DNA of 64,000 nucleotides, from contig JAMWBK010000008.1 in the NCBI GenBank assembly GCA_029953675.1, positions 620,001 to 684,000 of the forward strand. The letters are read 5' to 3'. How positions within the stretch are numbered: the stretch's first letter is position 1; the number at the start of each line of letters is the position of its first letter. Shown one piece after another: positions 1 through 12,024 of this stretch. The position numbers and the translations under genes were made by a program. Below the pieces are notes generated by a model. That model did not search any database, was not told the DNA's origin, and was given only the letters and a program-made list of their open reading frames with translations. Source of the DNA: Rhodosorus marinus CCMP1338 (taxonomy: Eukaryota; Plantae; Rhodophyta).

Positions 1-120
1 GACCACAGCCTTTGCTGCGACTTGCCCATGATGGTTGAGCGAAGACGAAGCGTAGAAGGAAGGAAGTGCCTAGATGGAGACTTGACGCGGGATGCGACGA
101 TAGGGAGAAGGCTCTGAAGG

Positions 121-423
121 ATGTATACCATTTCAAGTGTGTCGGGCAGATCGGACGGGTCTGGTCAGGCCAAGGCTGTCAAACGGCGGGCTAATTTTAA
201 CCTGGACTTTTCGAGCCCTAAGGAACCGGTGGGAGTGGAATCGGACTTTGAATGGCTGTTGGAAATGATCTTGCAGAGCACTGAGGAAGAAAGCGTCTCT
301 ATGGTCATGCCCGGCGAGGAGTGCTTCCCAGCGCCAAAGAAGATGAAGAGGTCGGCGTCGGTCACGGAGATGTCCTCTTCAGTGCCTGTCGAAGTGTTGT
401 CTATAGATGAACAGGAGAGATGA
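121..423 (+). CDS. Possible last exon or small ORF of an unidentified gene (acidic, Ser-rich, PKKMKR basic patch)
   Basis: 100-aa ORF followed by AT-rich sequence; no family recognised; upstream context is cut by the window edge. Confidence 0.25.
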   Translation: MYTISSVSGRSDGSGQAKAVKRRANFNLDFSSPKEPVGVESDFEWLLEMILQSTEEESVSMVMPGEECFPAPKKMKRSASVTEMSSSVPVEVLSIDEQER

Positions 424-641
424 CAGTTTGCCGCTTTTTCCTAACTGATTCGTATATTAAGAAGTGAAATTAATTCGTATATTATGCAAGCACGATCCGC
501 ATGAAGACGGCGGTGTGTATGTGAATGACCTGTACATCACAGAAACTAAAGTAATAGTTCATATTTGTTTATATCTTGAGCTCCTAAATGCCCAACAGCT
601 CCCCCTGCAGTACCATGTATCTGCAAGAGCACGTACTACCG

Positions 642-801
642 TGAGTACCTCCCGAGATTTCCGGTAATTTTTGTTCGATGACAGGCTGTCTATCGGGATA
701 GAGACAGTCTGTCGATTAGGTAGTGCCTTGAGTACCTCCCGAGATTTCTGGTAATTTTTTACACGATGACAGGCTGCCTACCTGGCAGAGACAGTCTGTC
801 G
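642..801. repeat. Two-copy direct repeat (73-bp copies, 87-bp period) containing short palindromes
   Basis: tgagtacctcccgagattt...gatgacaggctg...gagacagtctgtcg occurs at 642-714 and 729-801. Confidence 0.9.
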
Positions 802-1009
802 CCAAACAACAGAAATTCTAAGAATTACAAATTCCGGACATAGCAATTTCCAGGCAGACTGCATTTTGTAATTCCATGTCCTTCCATATTATACGTGATT
901 AGGGAAGCTTCATGTCACAACATCTTTTTTCGCAATAGTTTCGAATCTTTATTTCTTAGAACAAGTCTGTATTGGGACTTGATCTGGATTTTCTGTCCTA
1001 GCTTGCAAA

Positions 1010-1702
1010 GATGCTGTCATTGCCTCGTTGAATTACGCTGAATCCACAAAACACTCCCATCGTGTTCGGTCGTGAAATTTTGATACGTAGGCAGTAGAGA
1101 TAAAGGAATCTCGCCCCAATAGACGTATCCAGACTCCATTCCATCATTCTCTCTCCATCCTTAGTGCTGGTGCTGACTGTCGCCAAAGAGTATTGGTCAT
1201 CATTCGATATGGGGACAGCAGCTTTGTTGTTGTACTCAACATTGTATCCCCCCAAAATAAATATAGGAATCAAATTTTCAACACTTTCCAATCTGAATAT
1301 CTTGGAAGAAATCAGTTATGGGTGTTTGGCGTACTCCCTGCCTTCAAGGGTGCTGTCATTTTCTTCTTGAATCGCCCAGAATCAGACATGCGCTCTTCGC
1401 CGCGCTTGTGGGGTGGGAGTGTCATGTTTTGATCCATTGGCCTTGCCGATAGACAGACTCCATGCCATGAATAGCGCTGGCGGTGAATGCCGCCAACGAT
1501 ATTCGTCTTCAATAGATGTGGGGATAGCTTTGTGCTGCTCTCATCGCGGTGGCGCTTCATCGCCATCGAGCTTGCGGGGTGGGTTTGTCATGTTTTGATA
1601 CATTGGCGTGTAGAGATATCCAGACTCCAACCCATTAATAGCGCTCGCGCTGAGCCTGTCGCCAAGGATAGTCGTCTTCAATCGATGTGAGGATAGCTTT
1701 GT
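1010..1702. repeat. Three diverged copies of a 130-240 bp unit
   Basis: gcttg(t/c)ggggtggg..tgtcatgttttgat..cattgg..cagactcca..cgtcttcaat.gatgtg.ggatagctttgt at about 1404-1533 and 1570-1702; an older copy at about 1010-1240 shares tgctgtcatt..ttgaat..gaatc, ccagactcca, ctgtcgccaa and gctttgt. Confidence 0.75.
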
Positions 1703-3337
1703 ACTCAGTATCTCAGCCCCCGATCAAACATTTCGCCACAGCCAAGCGGCGGTGCTGACATCGTCGTACCACGGAGGCGTTGGAACATGCGCCCTTAAAA
1801 ATGTAGCCCACGGGACGCACCAGCAAAACGACCCATGTCTGGACACACACCAACCTGTCCGAGAGCTTTGCTTGTCTGCGCTTTCTATAACGGCTTTCAG
1901 TTTCTCAGCATCACCCCCAGCAAAGCGAGTCCAAGAAGAAGAAGAAAAACAAAAAAAAAAACCTTCCTCGTGCTGACTGACACCAGCACTTGAATTTTGT
2001 CGCCCTGTGCGCACATGTTCATCATCGGAAGTGTGTACAAAGGAGCTTCCAAAATAAATCATATCTGTAAGGAAAACCCGGTGGTCGTCGGAACTCACGT
2101 CGCCCCGTTTGTTCTGAACGTAGAATTGTGTCTCGTCCAGTTCAGTATTTACCATATTTGGCTCGCGGGAGGACAAAAAAGTTATTTGGAAGCTAAAAAA
2201 ACTTTGTTGCCAAAAAAAAGCCGCGTGCGACACACACACACCCCAAAAAAGAATAATTAACATGATCGGTGAATCGGTCCGTAGAACTGAGAAGATGTCT
2301 TCCTATTTTAGAATATCCGATCCTTTTCAACGTTAGGGTATCCTTCCTAATATTCAGTAATTTCAGTATTATCTCTATTTTATGTACGACGGATGTGCTA
2401 TTCTGGAGCTTGTCTAGCATATATTTTATTCAACCCTTGTTGCTTTTATACTAAACCCCCAAATTCAAAAAAAATAATTTATCTCTGATGTGAGATTGCT
2501 AAGAAAATTTCTCTCAAAATTGGTCCAATGGGTACAGATATAGAATATCAAGTCCCCTCCAAAATGCGACCTGCCTGGGACGGAAGAGGGTCGGGGATCC
2601 TGAGAAGAATGGGTAGAGGCCAAGACTCTGTTGTGGGTGATACTCCGATGAGACGTCAAGGAAAAGCCTGCTACTTTTTGTAGAGAACTATTCCCAAGAG
2701 ACCTTGACAGGAGAAGCTGGCTTACGGGGGCACCGGTTAGCACCAGTCGGTAAAGAGCAGTGGGCAAAACACTCTTGACGAGTTCCTGGCGATCGCTTCG
2801 TGCGAAAATGTTGAGAAGACACTCTGGATGCTAGTCCAGGATGGATCTTCAAGCTAAGAGCTATGTTCGCATTCTCGCATCGAGCTTCTACTTTGATTTC
2901 AACACGAGGGTGCTCCAACCTCTACAAGCTGCTTCAGTGTCCTTCGTGAAGTTTAAAAGTTAGCCTGTCTCCAACAGCTCTCGGCAGTTCTGATGCACTG
3001 AAGAGGCCGTCTTCTCGTGAGTGGCGAGTTTTGGCAGCAACACATACAAGGAGTCACTATCATTAGGACCGAACTAGAACCGGGTCAAGCGCTGGTCTCT
3101 GAAGTTCTGCGATTCTTCTTTACTATGTAGAATTGACAGCTGCCACTCTCCATGAACACCTCAATCTGAACACGATACGGTTTGACGTTGTGCACACGCG
3201 AAACGGCCTTTTGCCAGACCTGCCATGGAAGTGGTGACATGATTTGAAACCAACTTAGCGGTCTCTAGCATACGAATCGAAGTGTCTCCCATGCTCATCC
3301 TCTTGCTCGAGTTACAATGCCTAATTGAGTTTCAAGC

Positions 3338-6300
3338 TCAGGCAGGGAAGACTCCGTTGTTCTCGCTCCTCGGTGACAGCTTCGACAGAACATCCCCGCT
3401 CTGTCGAGACAGTGCAACGACGTCCTTGACTTGCACTACGGCCGCAAAGGTACTAGCGATCTGGCAGGGTTAATCTATCGCTCCTCCGCGCCAGATACCC
3501 CAGGATCCTCGGTACTGAAAGGCATTAACATGAATACGAAGCTAGTCCACACCATGTTCGGCAATAGTTTTCTCAAAATCGTTCCTTGCGTTGTCCATCT
3601 CCGCACTCACAAACTGTTCATATTCCTCGTTGTCACTGTCTTCATCGTCCTCCGCCGGTAAACCCTCCAAGTGATCCTTTCATTTCAACATCAGTGGCGG
3701 AAATAGTTAGAGCTCGAAAGTCTAGAATCCTGACAGCGAAAGCAGAATTCAATTTTCCTGTCTATCCTACCGCTCTGTTTCCTTCTACTGTATCAACTCC
3801 TTCATCAGGTATGTCGTCCTCATCAGAATCCTTATCCGGGGCGTCAGAACTTTTCATCAAGTAAGCCTCAAAACTGCAGTCGAAGAATTGCATACGCAAA
3901 ACAGTTAGCGAACACAGACAAGCCTTCCGCGCTCGAAACCTAGCTGATATGGCTACAGTCCACCAAAGGGAAGCATGTTCCCCGAAATTTACACCACTAG
4001 CGCTTGAAGGGTAGAGCTATACAGGGAAAAAATCCGAAGTAGAGAACTACATGCTACACAAATTACGGTTTGGATGGTCTCTACTCACATTTTCATAGCA
4101 TCATTGCTCTCTCCTCCAGTAAGTCCATCCATTAATTCCTCCATACCAAATACTTCTGAAATAACTTCCTCGTTCGTATTTCCTGAGTCGGATACGGATC
4201 TCGTGGGTCCTCCGGGCCTCTCTCCACCCAGTTGCTGCCGCCATGTAAATTATTATACCATAGACATGAAGAAAAGTCAGCAGACCTCGTACAAAACTTT
4301 CTCAGAGAAACACATCTACAGGCATCACCTTGCTGGTGCGTTCTTTCTCTGCGGCCAGATGCTCCTCACAAAACAGTTCAAATTCGTCTAGGACGTCTTC
4401 TCGCAAGTACTCCATCTTATTCGGTCTATAATCAAAATTCGACAAGAACTCCTCCACCTTCGAGGTAATCAAGACAATATGCCCCAAAAATCCGTTGCGA
4501 TAATGCTCATCTGTCTCCTTCTGCATTGTGTCATTCGTTGTTCAGAAAAATTCCTGTCGTCAGGGGACCCTCAAAACTTGAAAATCATCAAAAAGAACGG
4601 TACTGTACCTTTCCTAGGTACTTCTTGTAGGTAGCCATGAGCTGCTTAACGAGATAAGTCCGCAACCAAGTTTTCTGGATAAAGGTATTCGTAAACTCCT
4701 CCGGGTCCAAGGCGGTAAGAATAGCGGAGGAAATAATCTGATGCAAGATGCTTCCCCACTCATAAGTGAAGAACAAATCCAGCAGCAAGTTTGGGACATC
4801 CAGGTCTGACATTGCCCCTTGCAGATCCTAAGCGTACGAGTGGATTAAGTGATATGGGTAGTGAGGATGAAACTCGGACTGCGTTTCATGAACCAAGACT
4901 CGTCCGCACCTCGCCTCCCATTTTCAAGGCTGCGACGAAAAGCTCTACTAGCTTGAGCTTGAGCGATCCAAGAGGTTGTTCTATAACGCCGGTAGTCGTC
5001 TCCAGAGGGGGGATATACGACTTCCCCTGTAGTATCTTCAACAATCTCGGGATCCTATTCTTAAGCTCCCTCTCCAGCATAAACGTGCTCACCTGAGAAT
5101 CGAACCAATCAGGCAATCAGCGCTCTTGACCACGTGGCCACGAGATCGTCTCCCGCCATTGATAAATTAACCAGTCTTACCAATTGCTCCCTATTTGTGG
5201 AGCTCACAGACTTTGGGGAAGGCAAAGGAGAACTGCCCACAGGAGTTGAGCGTGGGCGGGAAGCAGTCATTGCCCTGATAATACTGTTCATTTCCTGCTG
5301 CTCGTCCTCATTTTTCGGTCGAGAGGGCGAACAAAAGTTCAACTCCGTCGTCAGGAGCTCAATAAACACATTTAGTACATGAACGAGTCCGATTCGGACT
5401 ATCGGATCTGTGGAGGGTGGAACGAGCAGGAACAGCGTTTCTTTTCAGAGCCGACAGACTAGCTTGGCAAGATGCGGCGTAGCCAAGGACTCTCTTCTCA
5501 CCGCTCAAATCCCCATTCAGAGCCGTATCCATAATTCTGCCAATCGTCCCAGGGTTGCTAAAAATGTTCAAATCTTCAGGCATTGTATAGTGCGCCTGAG
5601 ATAACTGCAATACTCGTCTCGTGAGATCCACCATGACCAGGGACGAGTTCTCTATCCTCTCATATCGAAGCCGTTCCTCCTCCTCGTCGGATAGGGAACT
5701 TCCTTCCTGGATGGTAGCTATACACAGGTTTCCCAAACCCTCCAGGATCTCGCTCTCCGCAAGTAGTTGTACAGCTTCTGGACTAGGAGGTTCAACAATC
5801 GTGCTGAACGGTCGTTCCTGAGGCAGATACACGTGCTTCAGAGCGTATTTTCCAGCACGTCAGTGCGCACAAGCCCGAGAACGAATACTTACAGTTTCAG
5901 GGTTGTCAAGAATTCTAACAATAATATCTGTTATTGGAGCTGCATTCGCATTTCGAAGGATCCCAATCATGAAGTTTCGTCGCTGTAGAATCGCCTCCAT
6001 TGTTTCGGCCTGATATACATGCACGCATCAAGCTCCTTTAGAACACAATAAATTCATGTCTCAACCCCAAAGCGCCGTCTTCAAACGATCGCACAGCTTG
6101 AGCAACTTTCCATACTTCCTAGACAGGATACTTACGTTCTTAATCCGAAGGAGGCACACAACCACCTTCGCAAAGTTCTTGGCCTGAATCGGATCTATAC
6201 CCTCTTCCGAGTCCAAGAGATCAAAGACCCGCATCATCATGCTCGTATTATTAACCAACCCATCCGTGATTTTCGCCTGCTCCGCGGAGAGAACCTCAGA

Positions 6301-6765
6301 AGCAATATGTGGGTACTTGAATTTCAATCTCGCCTTGGTATCTTCATCCGCATCTTCTGGAATTTCCGGTTTCTCCAGGCTGCATGTGATCAACTCCTGG
6401 GCATTGGAAGGGCATTACGATCGTTATTTTACGAAACAACAATGATTCTGACCACAACCACTCCAAGCCCTTAGTCAAAGGGTGCGAGAGGTGGGGGACG
6501 GGAGCCCCGCAAATGCACAGTACTGCCCGTATCCTGCGAGTGTAATGTCGATTTTTCACGCTCTCACCTGCAGCGTCTCTTCCTGCGCGAGATAGTCTAT
6601 CAGTCTCACGTTGTCTGCTCTCAACTCGGCCAAGAAATCGTCCTCATCCATAAACTGCTTGAGACCGATGACGCCCTCAAAGGGTTCCTCAACGGGTTTC
6701 CCTTCGAGCTGATCGAGCAGCTTTTCCACGGGGGAAGATGCATATCCACCACTAGAAAGGAACAT
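3338..6765 (-). CDS. SIT4-associated protein / PP6 regulatory subunit (SAPS domain), multi-exon
   Basis: Spliced ORFs give DEDDFLAELRADNVRLIDYL, FKYPHIASEVL, PLGSLKLKLVELF, DLFFTYEWGSILH and RNGFLGHIVLI, then an acidic tail, all typical of SAP155/PP6R. GT-AG introns, e.g. 6567-6397. The 3' end near 3338 and the start codon are approximate. Confidence 0.88.
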
Positions 6766-9116
6766 GCCTCATCAATTCCTAGGTGGTGAGCAAACGAAGG
6801 GCACTCACTCCCTGGAAAGTGGTGGCAAAACGCTAATTTAGCCCATGAGGTAGCCCACCCCATGACTGTTTTTTAAAGTCGCACACCTCGTATTCTCCAC
6901 CCCTACTCCTCCACTTCGAGAAGTTTTCCACTCTTTGTTCAAACCTGAGAATTCGTCAAGATAAGTAGATCTTAGAGAAGAAGCTGTTGTCGACTCTCGT
7001 CCGAGCGGAACTTGTGACACAGTGCCAGGTTTTCCATGCGAGGCCGGCCCGCACGCTCGTCTATCAGAAAGCGAAAAGTCGTATGGTCCAGTCTTTTCAC
7101 CACGCATTGAATGCTTACCCGCGAAGCCAACCCAATATCTCCCACCAAACAATTACAAATGTTCTAATGTTGGCTCGTTTCCACGGTCTTTAAGAGGCCG
7201 CCCCATCACTTCTCCAACCGTTCCAGAAGAATAAACAAGAAAAGAACAACCTCACAGAAAACAACCTAAACACCACCCACTGAGCAAAACTGGTGATATG
7301 CTTCTCCTGCTCTTCTTGAAACAAAAAGTGAAAGAGAACCTCCCTTCCCCCCCCCCCAACAAGATTTCACGTCTCAAAAAAAAAAAGGAAAGGGAGGAAT
7401 CAATCAAAGCCAAAACATCACCACCCTAATCGCAGTCCACTCAACGATCAACCTACTTAACCACCTGCAATTCCGCCTCCCCCCTCCTCCCTCTCCCCGC
7501 AAAAGTCGAAATCCAGATCTTCGTACTAAATCATCCTGACAACCCTTTTCCACTTCCCTCCACTTCCCCCTCCCCTTCCCGACAAACAAAAGGAACCCCA
7601 AACCCTCCTCTCAGAGCCCACAAAAACCACGAGATTAAAATGACAATCCCTTTTTTCTCCCACATTCAACCTTTCCCCCCTCAAAACCCCCTCAAAAACG
7701 CGCTCATCAAATCCTTCTCAAAATCCATCACAATGAGAAAAAAAAACAAAAAAAAACAAGCGCTTACATTACCAAAATCCACCTACCCCCTCCCCCCCAT
7801 TCTTTTCCTGCTGGTTCCATGCCTTAAAGCTTCCCCTGTCAATGGTAGTCATTACCATAAAAACATTGAAAATCCCAACATCTCAGGTAACGAAATTACA
7901 GTTTATTCCTAAAACCACCCCCCTCATAAACAATCAAACAATCTACATTTCTGAATCAGATGATTGAGCCCCACCCCCTTCCCCCCCCAATCCCACACCG
8001 CTCTCTCCCCCGGGGACATCTTGTTGTCATAATTGTGCCCAAAGGAAAAACAATAAAATTACAACATCTAAAAGGCAAAAATATCTGCACCTCCTTTATA
8101 AATACAAAAACAAAATGGACAGCTGTAGAGTAGTGTTTTGTTTTTTTTTCCCGCTTTGGATTTAGTGCGGAAGCTGCATTTTTTTTTCTCTCTGTCTATT
8201 TCTCTCTATCTGTATGGCCCGAAGCTGTTGGTATTGCATTCTCTTTCCCCAGCTCTCCCCCTCCCCCCCCCTTCCCAGAGGATGCTTAAGGTCAAAATCT
8301 CATCGGATGATTTCGAAATATTCAGTTATTCAGATGATAGTGAACACCATGTGTTGGAATAGCCAACCCCTTAGAGAATGAAATGCAAGAAGTTTTGGGC
8401 AGATCTCAATATACTCTGATTTTGTGGTGGATTTTTCTAAATTATGGGCTCAATTTTTTGATGGATGGGGTAGACGGTTGGGAATTTATCACGGGATCGC
8501 GAAAAACTTGGCCAGGAGAAGCCAATAGTCTGTTGCAGGTCGAGTCATAATCTGGAAATAATCTCCTTTTGTAGGTAGAATGGTGTCATATTTTTCGGTG
8601 GAGTTGTGGATGGTGCGTTTTTGCAGGTGCTTAGTGTTCGAACGCTTGGTTGAAAGTGACATAGACCGGTACGATTGCTAGCTTTCCACTACATAGAACA
8701 GACCACTGAAAGAGTGCATTTATGTAATAAGAAAAACCCCTCCTTCAAGTCCCTGGCAACTGTTCACCCCGGTTGAGCCTTCCAGATCACCACTCCGAGG
8801 TACTGCCAAGAGGCCCTCCCCATTCGTACAGGAGCACTCAACAGTTCTGAAGGGCCCAAGCAGGACTGAACTTCCTAGGCCCACTTCATATCGTATTCCG
8901 TAACGTTTCTGGTTGCTTAACAACGTATATTGCTCCCCATGTGCTCATCCTCAGTCCGATGGAAAGCGTGTGGCTGACGACGAATATGTGATTTCCTCGG
9001 ATCCTTTCTGAAGACGCTTGCGACCGTCGGGAACTCGTCGGGGGAGGACGGGTGGAGGTGTGAGGCTTAAGGAAGCGCCATCGCGTTGGATTAAAGGGAC
9101 ATATTTAACCGCAACC

Positions 9117-9894
9117 ATGGCCTTCGTAGGTGGATTTTGCGCTTCGTCAAGGTCCTCCCCGAGAAAGATTTTGTCGAGAAACAGGAGGGGGGGTCGGGTA
9201 ATGGTTACGGACTGGTCTGCGTTGCCGGATTTCAGAACAGATGCGGAAAAAAGAACGGGTGCAGATGGAAACGGAAGTGCAAAGGACAATGGAAATGGAA
9301 CTGATAACTTGGTTCTGGTATCAATAGAGCGTCCGATGGGTATAGCCTTTGAGCAGACAAGGGGAGGAGTTATTTATGTTGCAGAAGTTGTGGACGGATC
9401 AAATGCTGAGGGAATGGTGGGACCTCTGCATTTGAAACGTTCTCCCGAGTCTATTGCTTTCTTCAATTGCTGACAAGGAATTTTCTCCTCATTAGTAGAT
9501 TCCAGTTGGCGTTGAGGTGGTCTCGGTAAGCTTACCCTTTGGAGACACTGTATTCCCTATAGCGGGCAAAGGTATTGATGAGTTCGAATCGTACTTGATG
9601 GAAAGAGACGAGAAAGAGAAGTGCATAAGTTTGGAATACCGTCAGTATCCAGGGGGGCTGGAGGCTCTCTTGGAGGCATCGTACGATGGACAAGTTGGTG
9701 AGATAGGTTTCCAGGACGCAATGTACATGAAGAAGAAGATTGCGAACCTACCTTATCCAGTATTACAGGACGAAGAGAGCTTTGAGGAACCCTCGGGCGG
9801 CGAGACAGAATTAGACGCGAGCACGATGGAAATGCTTTCGAAAATGAGCGTAGAAGAGAAGCGCGATTGGTTCAAGGAAAATTACAAGCCATAA
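9117..9894 (+). CDS. Plastid-targeted PDZ-domain protein (MET1/ZKT-like PDZ, no TPR), 2 exons
   Basis: accATGgcc start, MAFVGGF Ser/Arg-rich transit-like peptide, PDZ-like IERPMGIAFEQ..IYVAEVVDGSNAEG|IPVGVEVVSVSLPFGDTVFP; one intron at about 9419-9499. Confidence 0.72.
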
Positions 9895-9924
9895 TTTCGC
9901 AACTACGACAGCGGCGCAATGCGC

Positions 9925-10573
9925 TTAGTTTATCTCTTGATAGTGGGCTCTCTTAGGAATAATTGCGGACGCGTAGTGTCTCACAAAGAGGTATCCCATC
10001 AACATTAGGAAGACAAGGAAGGAAATGGTGGTGACATGAACCCAGTTCACGGTGAATGTTGAAAAGTACAAAGTGTACTCCAGTCCGCAGGATCCAACAA
10101 GGACATAGTCATCATCTGCGGATGAATACCCCTCGCATACGACTTGCGTGAAGCCGAAGTTTAGGTTGTCCTTGAGCTCTCCCTCGCATTTCCAAGTCAC
10201 GGACGAACCGTCATATCCCATGTTCGTGCACCTGTCGGGTCAGAATCATTCAGCACATCTCCAGCCAAAAGTTTGACAAGAGTCAAAGTCAACCGTATCA
10301 GAAAAGGTCGAATTCTAGTCCTCACCTCACAAGCTTCGGGTACTTCCACCAATACCCACGCGCAGATCCACCAATACATTGTAGTTGAGGACGCGGCGAC
10401 GCCCTCCTCCCGGTCGTTGTTTTCCTCTGATCAAATATCAAACTCGAAATTCCCTGCTCCAACACCTTATCACTCTTCGATCTCGTCTCTGACAAAAGCT
10501 CCAAATCATCCTCCGTCAATCCACCGACCACGAGCAAGCACGCTCCAACCCAAAACAAAACAAACCTCATCAT
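9925..10573 (-). CDS. SARAF: SARAF/TMEM66-like single-pass ER membrane protein, 2 exons
   Basis: Signal peptide, then SLIFDQRKTTTGRRASPRPQLQCIGGSA, CTNMGYDGSSVTWKCEGEL and VVCEGYSSADDDYVLVGSCGLEYTL, then a TM helix; a phase-2 GT-AG intron joins the two ORFs. Confidence 0.9.
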
Positions 10574-12024
10574 CGTCTAATAAAAAAAAAAAAGGAGGAC
10601 GATGAACACGAAGCCTCCTTCCGGATCAGCCAACCCAGCTCAGTCTCTCCCCGCAACCCGCAGTCTGTAGTACCGTCCCTAGGCCTCTTCCTGCATTCTC
10701 CTCATAAAATCCAGAATGACATTCAAAACCGTTAACAGACAACATTCCATTGGATCCCAAATCAACAGTTAGAGCGTTCTACACCTAGAAATTTCCAAAA
10801 TAGAAAAACTCTCTTTGATAATATAATTATTTCTAAGCTTCTATAGGGTAGATAATCTAAATTTAGAATTATTCGGAACATATTTTGAGTTGCTCAGTCA
10901 TTTTCATCTCCGATCAATCCTTTTCATCCATCACAGCTGCTCAGCACCGCGCATGCCACCAGATCCGAAGGAATGCCTTCTGATGCCAGATGACTTTCGG
11001 ACGGGATTTACCTGCTCCTCTTATTGTACGCAGACGGGTCCGGGAATTTGCGGCGCAGAGTAGTGACCTCTTCTTGACATTCTTTCGCGTCGGTTCTTCA
11101 CCCCAATCCCTGGACGTTGGCGCTGTTTTCTTGTGGTTTACTTTTGGGATTGAAGCCCCACAGAGCTAGCATTGAGTTTCACCGTAGTTGAGAGTGTGGC
11201 ACTATCCCAAGCTAGAGTCAGTGCTTGGCCTGAAGGCTTCCCCCGCAACTATAGCTGATATGCGACTTGACGCCACAAATTCCCAAGAGATCGTGCGTGC
11301 CTTCCTTTTCCGAATAAATTTTCCAACGGGTGTGGATCCTATTATCCTATTTTGATAATTTTAGCCCTTCGAAGGAAACCATTGGAGGAGAAAAGTCGCT
11401 ACTGCAAGTTGATTAGTCAAGATACTCCAAATAGGTGTTTTATTTCGATACATTTTTCATCAAAACAGAAGTTCTGTGTCAGTTTTTCATCTTTTTTGAA
11501 AAAAACAACAACAAATGGCAGTTCTGTGTTGCCCTGAGGAGTCTCACTTCTTGATGGTCGAATTCTGGAGAGTCATCCGTCAAGACGGGCGACTCTTCTC
11601 TGAGGTATATATAGAGCCGCTTAGCCAGGGCTCAGGAATCGGTTAGGGAAGTGAGCTTGGGGGGGGGGGGGGTTTGAGGACTGGGACGGGGCAGCGGATG
11701 GGTTAGAATGTAAACGAGGATGGATCGATGTATTGATTGTTCTTATGTAAGTCCTTAACTTATGGGCCTTGCGTAGTATCTGGGTTTTGGTTCCACTGAT
11801 GGAATGGAAGGAGGGAAGAGGGAAGCGGGTGAGGTGCCCTCGGTTTTAGATGGTGTGGAACTCGGAGCCTGTGAGATAGAGGCTCCTTTGAGGGCGGTGT
11901 TCTGAAGTAGTCGTTTTGGCCTGGGCCCGTTCAAGGCTGGGACCTGTTGCTTTACTTAGGGTTTTTTTTCTAGCTCTCTGAGTGTGGAGTTGTTTCAACT
12001 ATTTAGCGGCAGATTTTTCTCAGT

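Noticed and set aside
2465-3330. Short ORFs on both strands downstream of the SAPS gene
   Set aside because: No recognisable motifs or consistent splice model; likely UTR or intergenic.
10930-11300. GC-richer island in the SARAF-NIPA intergenic region
   Set aside because: No ORF of note, no RNA motif and no repeat partner in the window.
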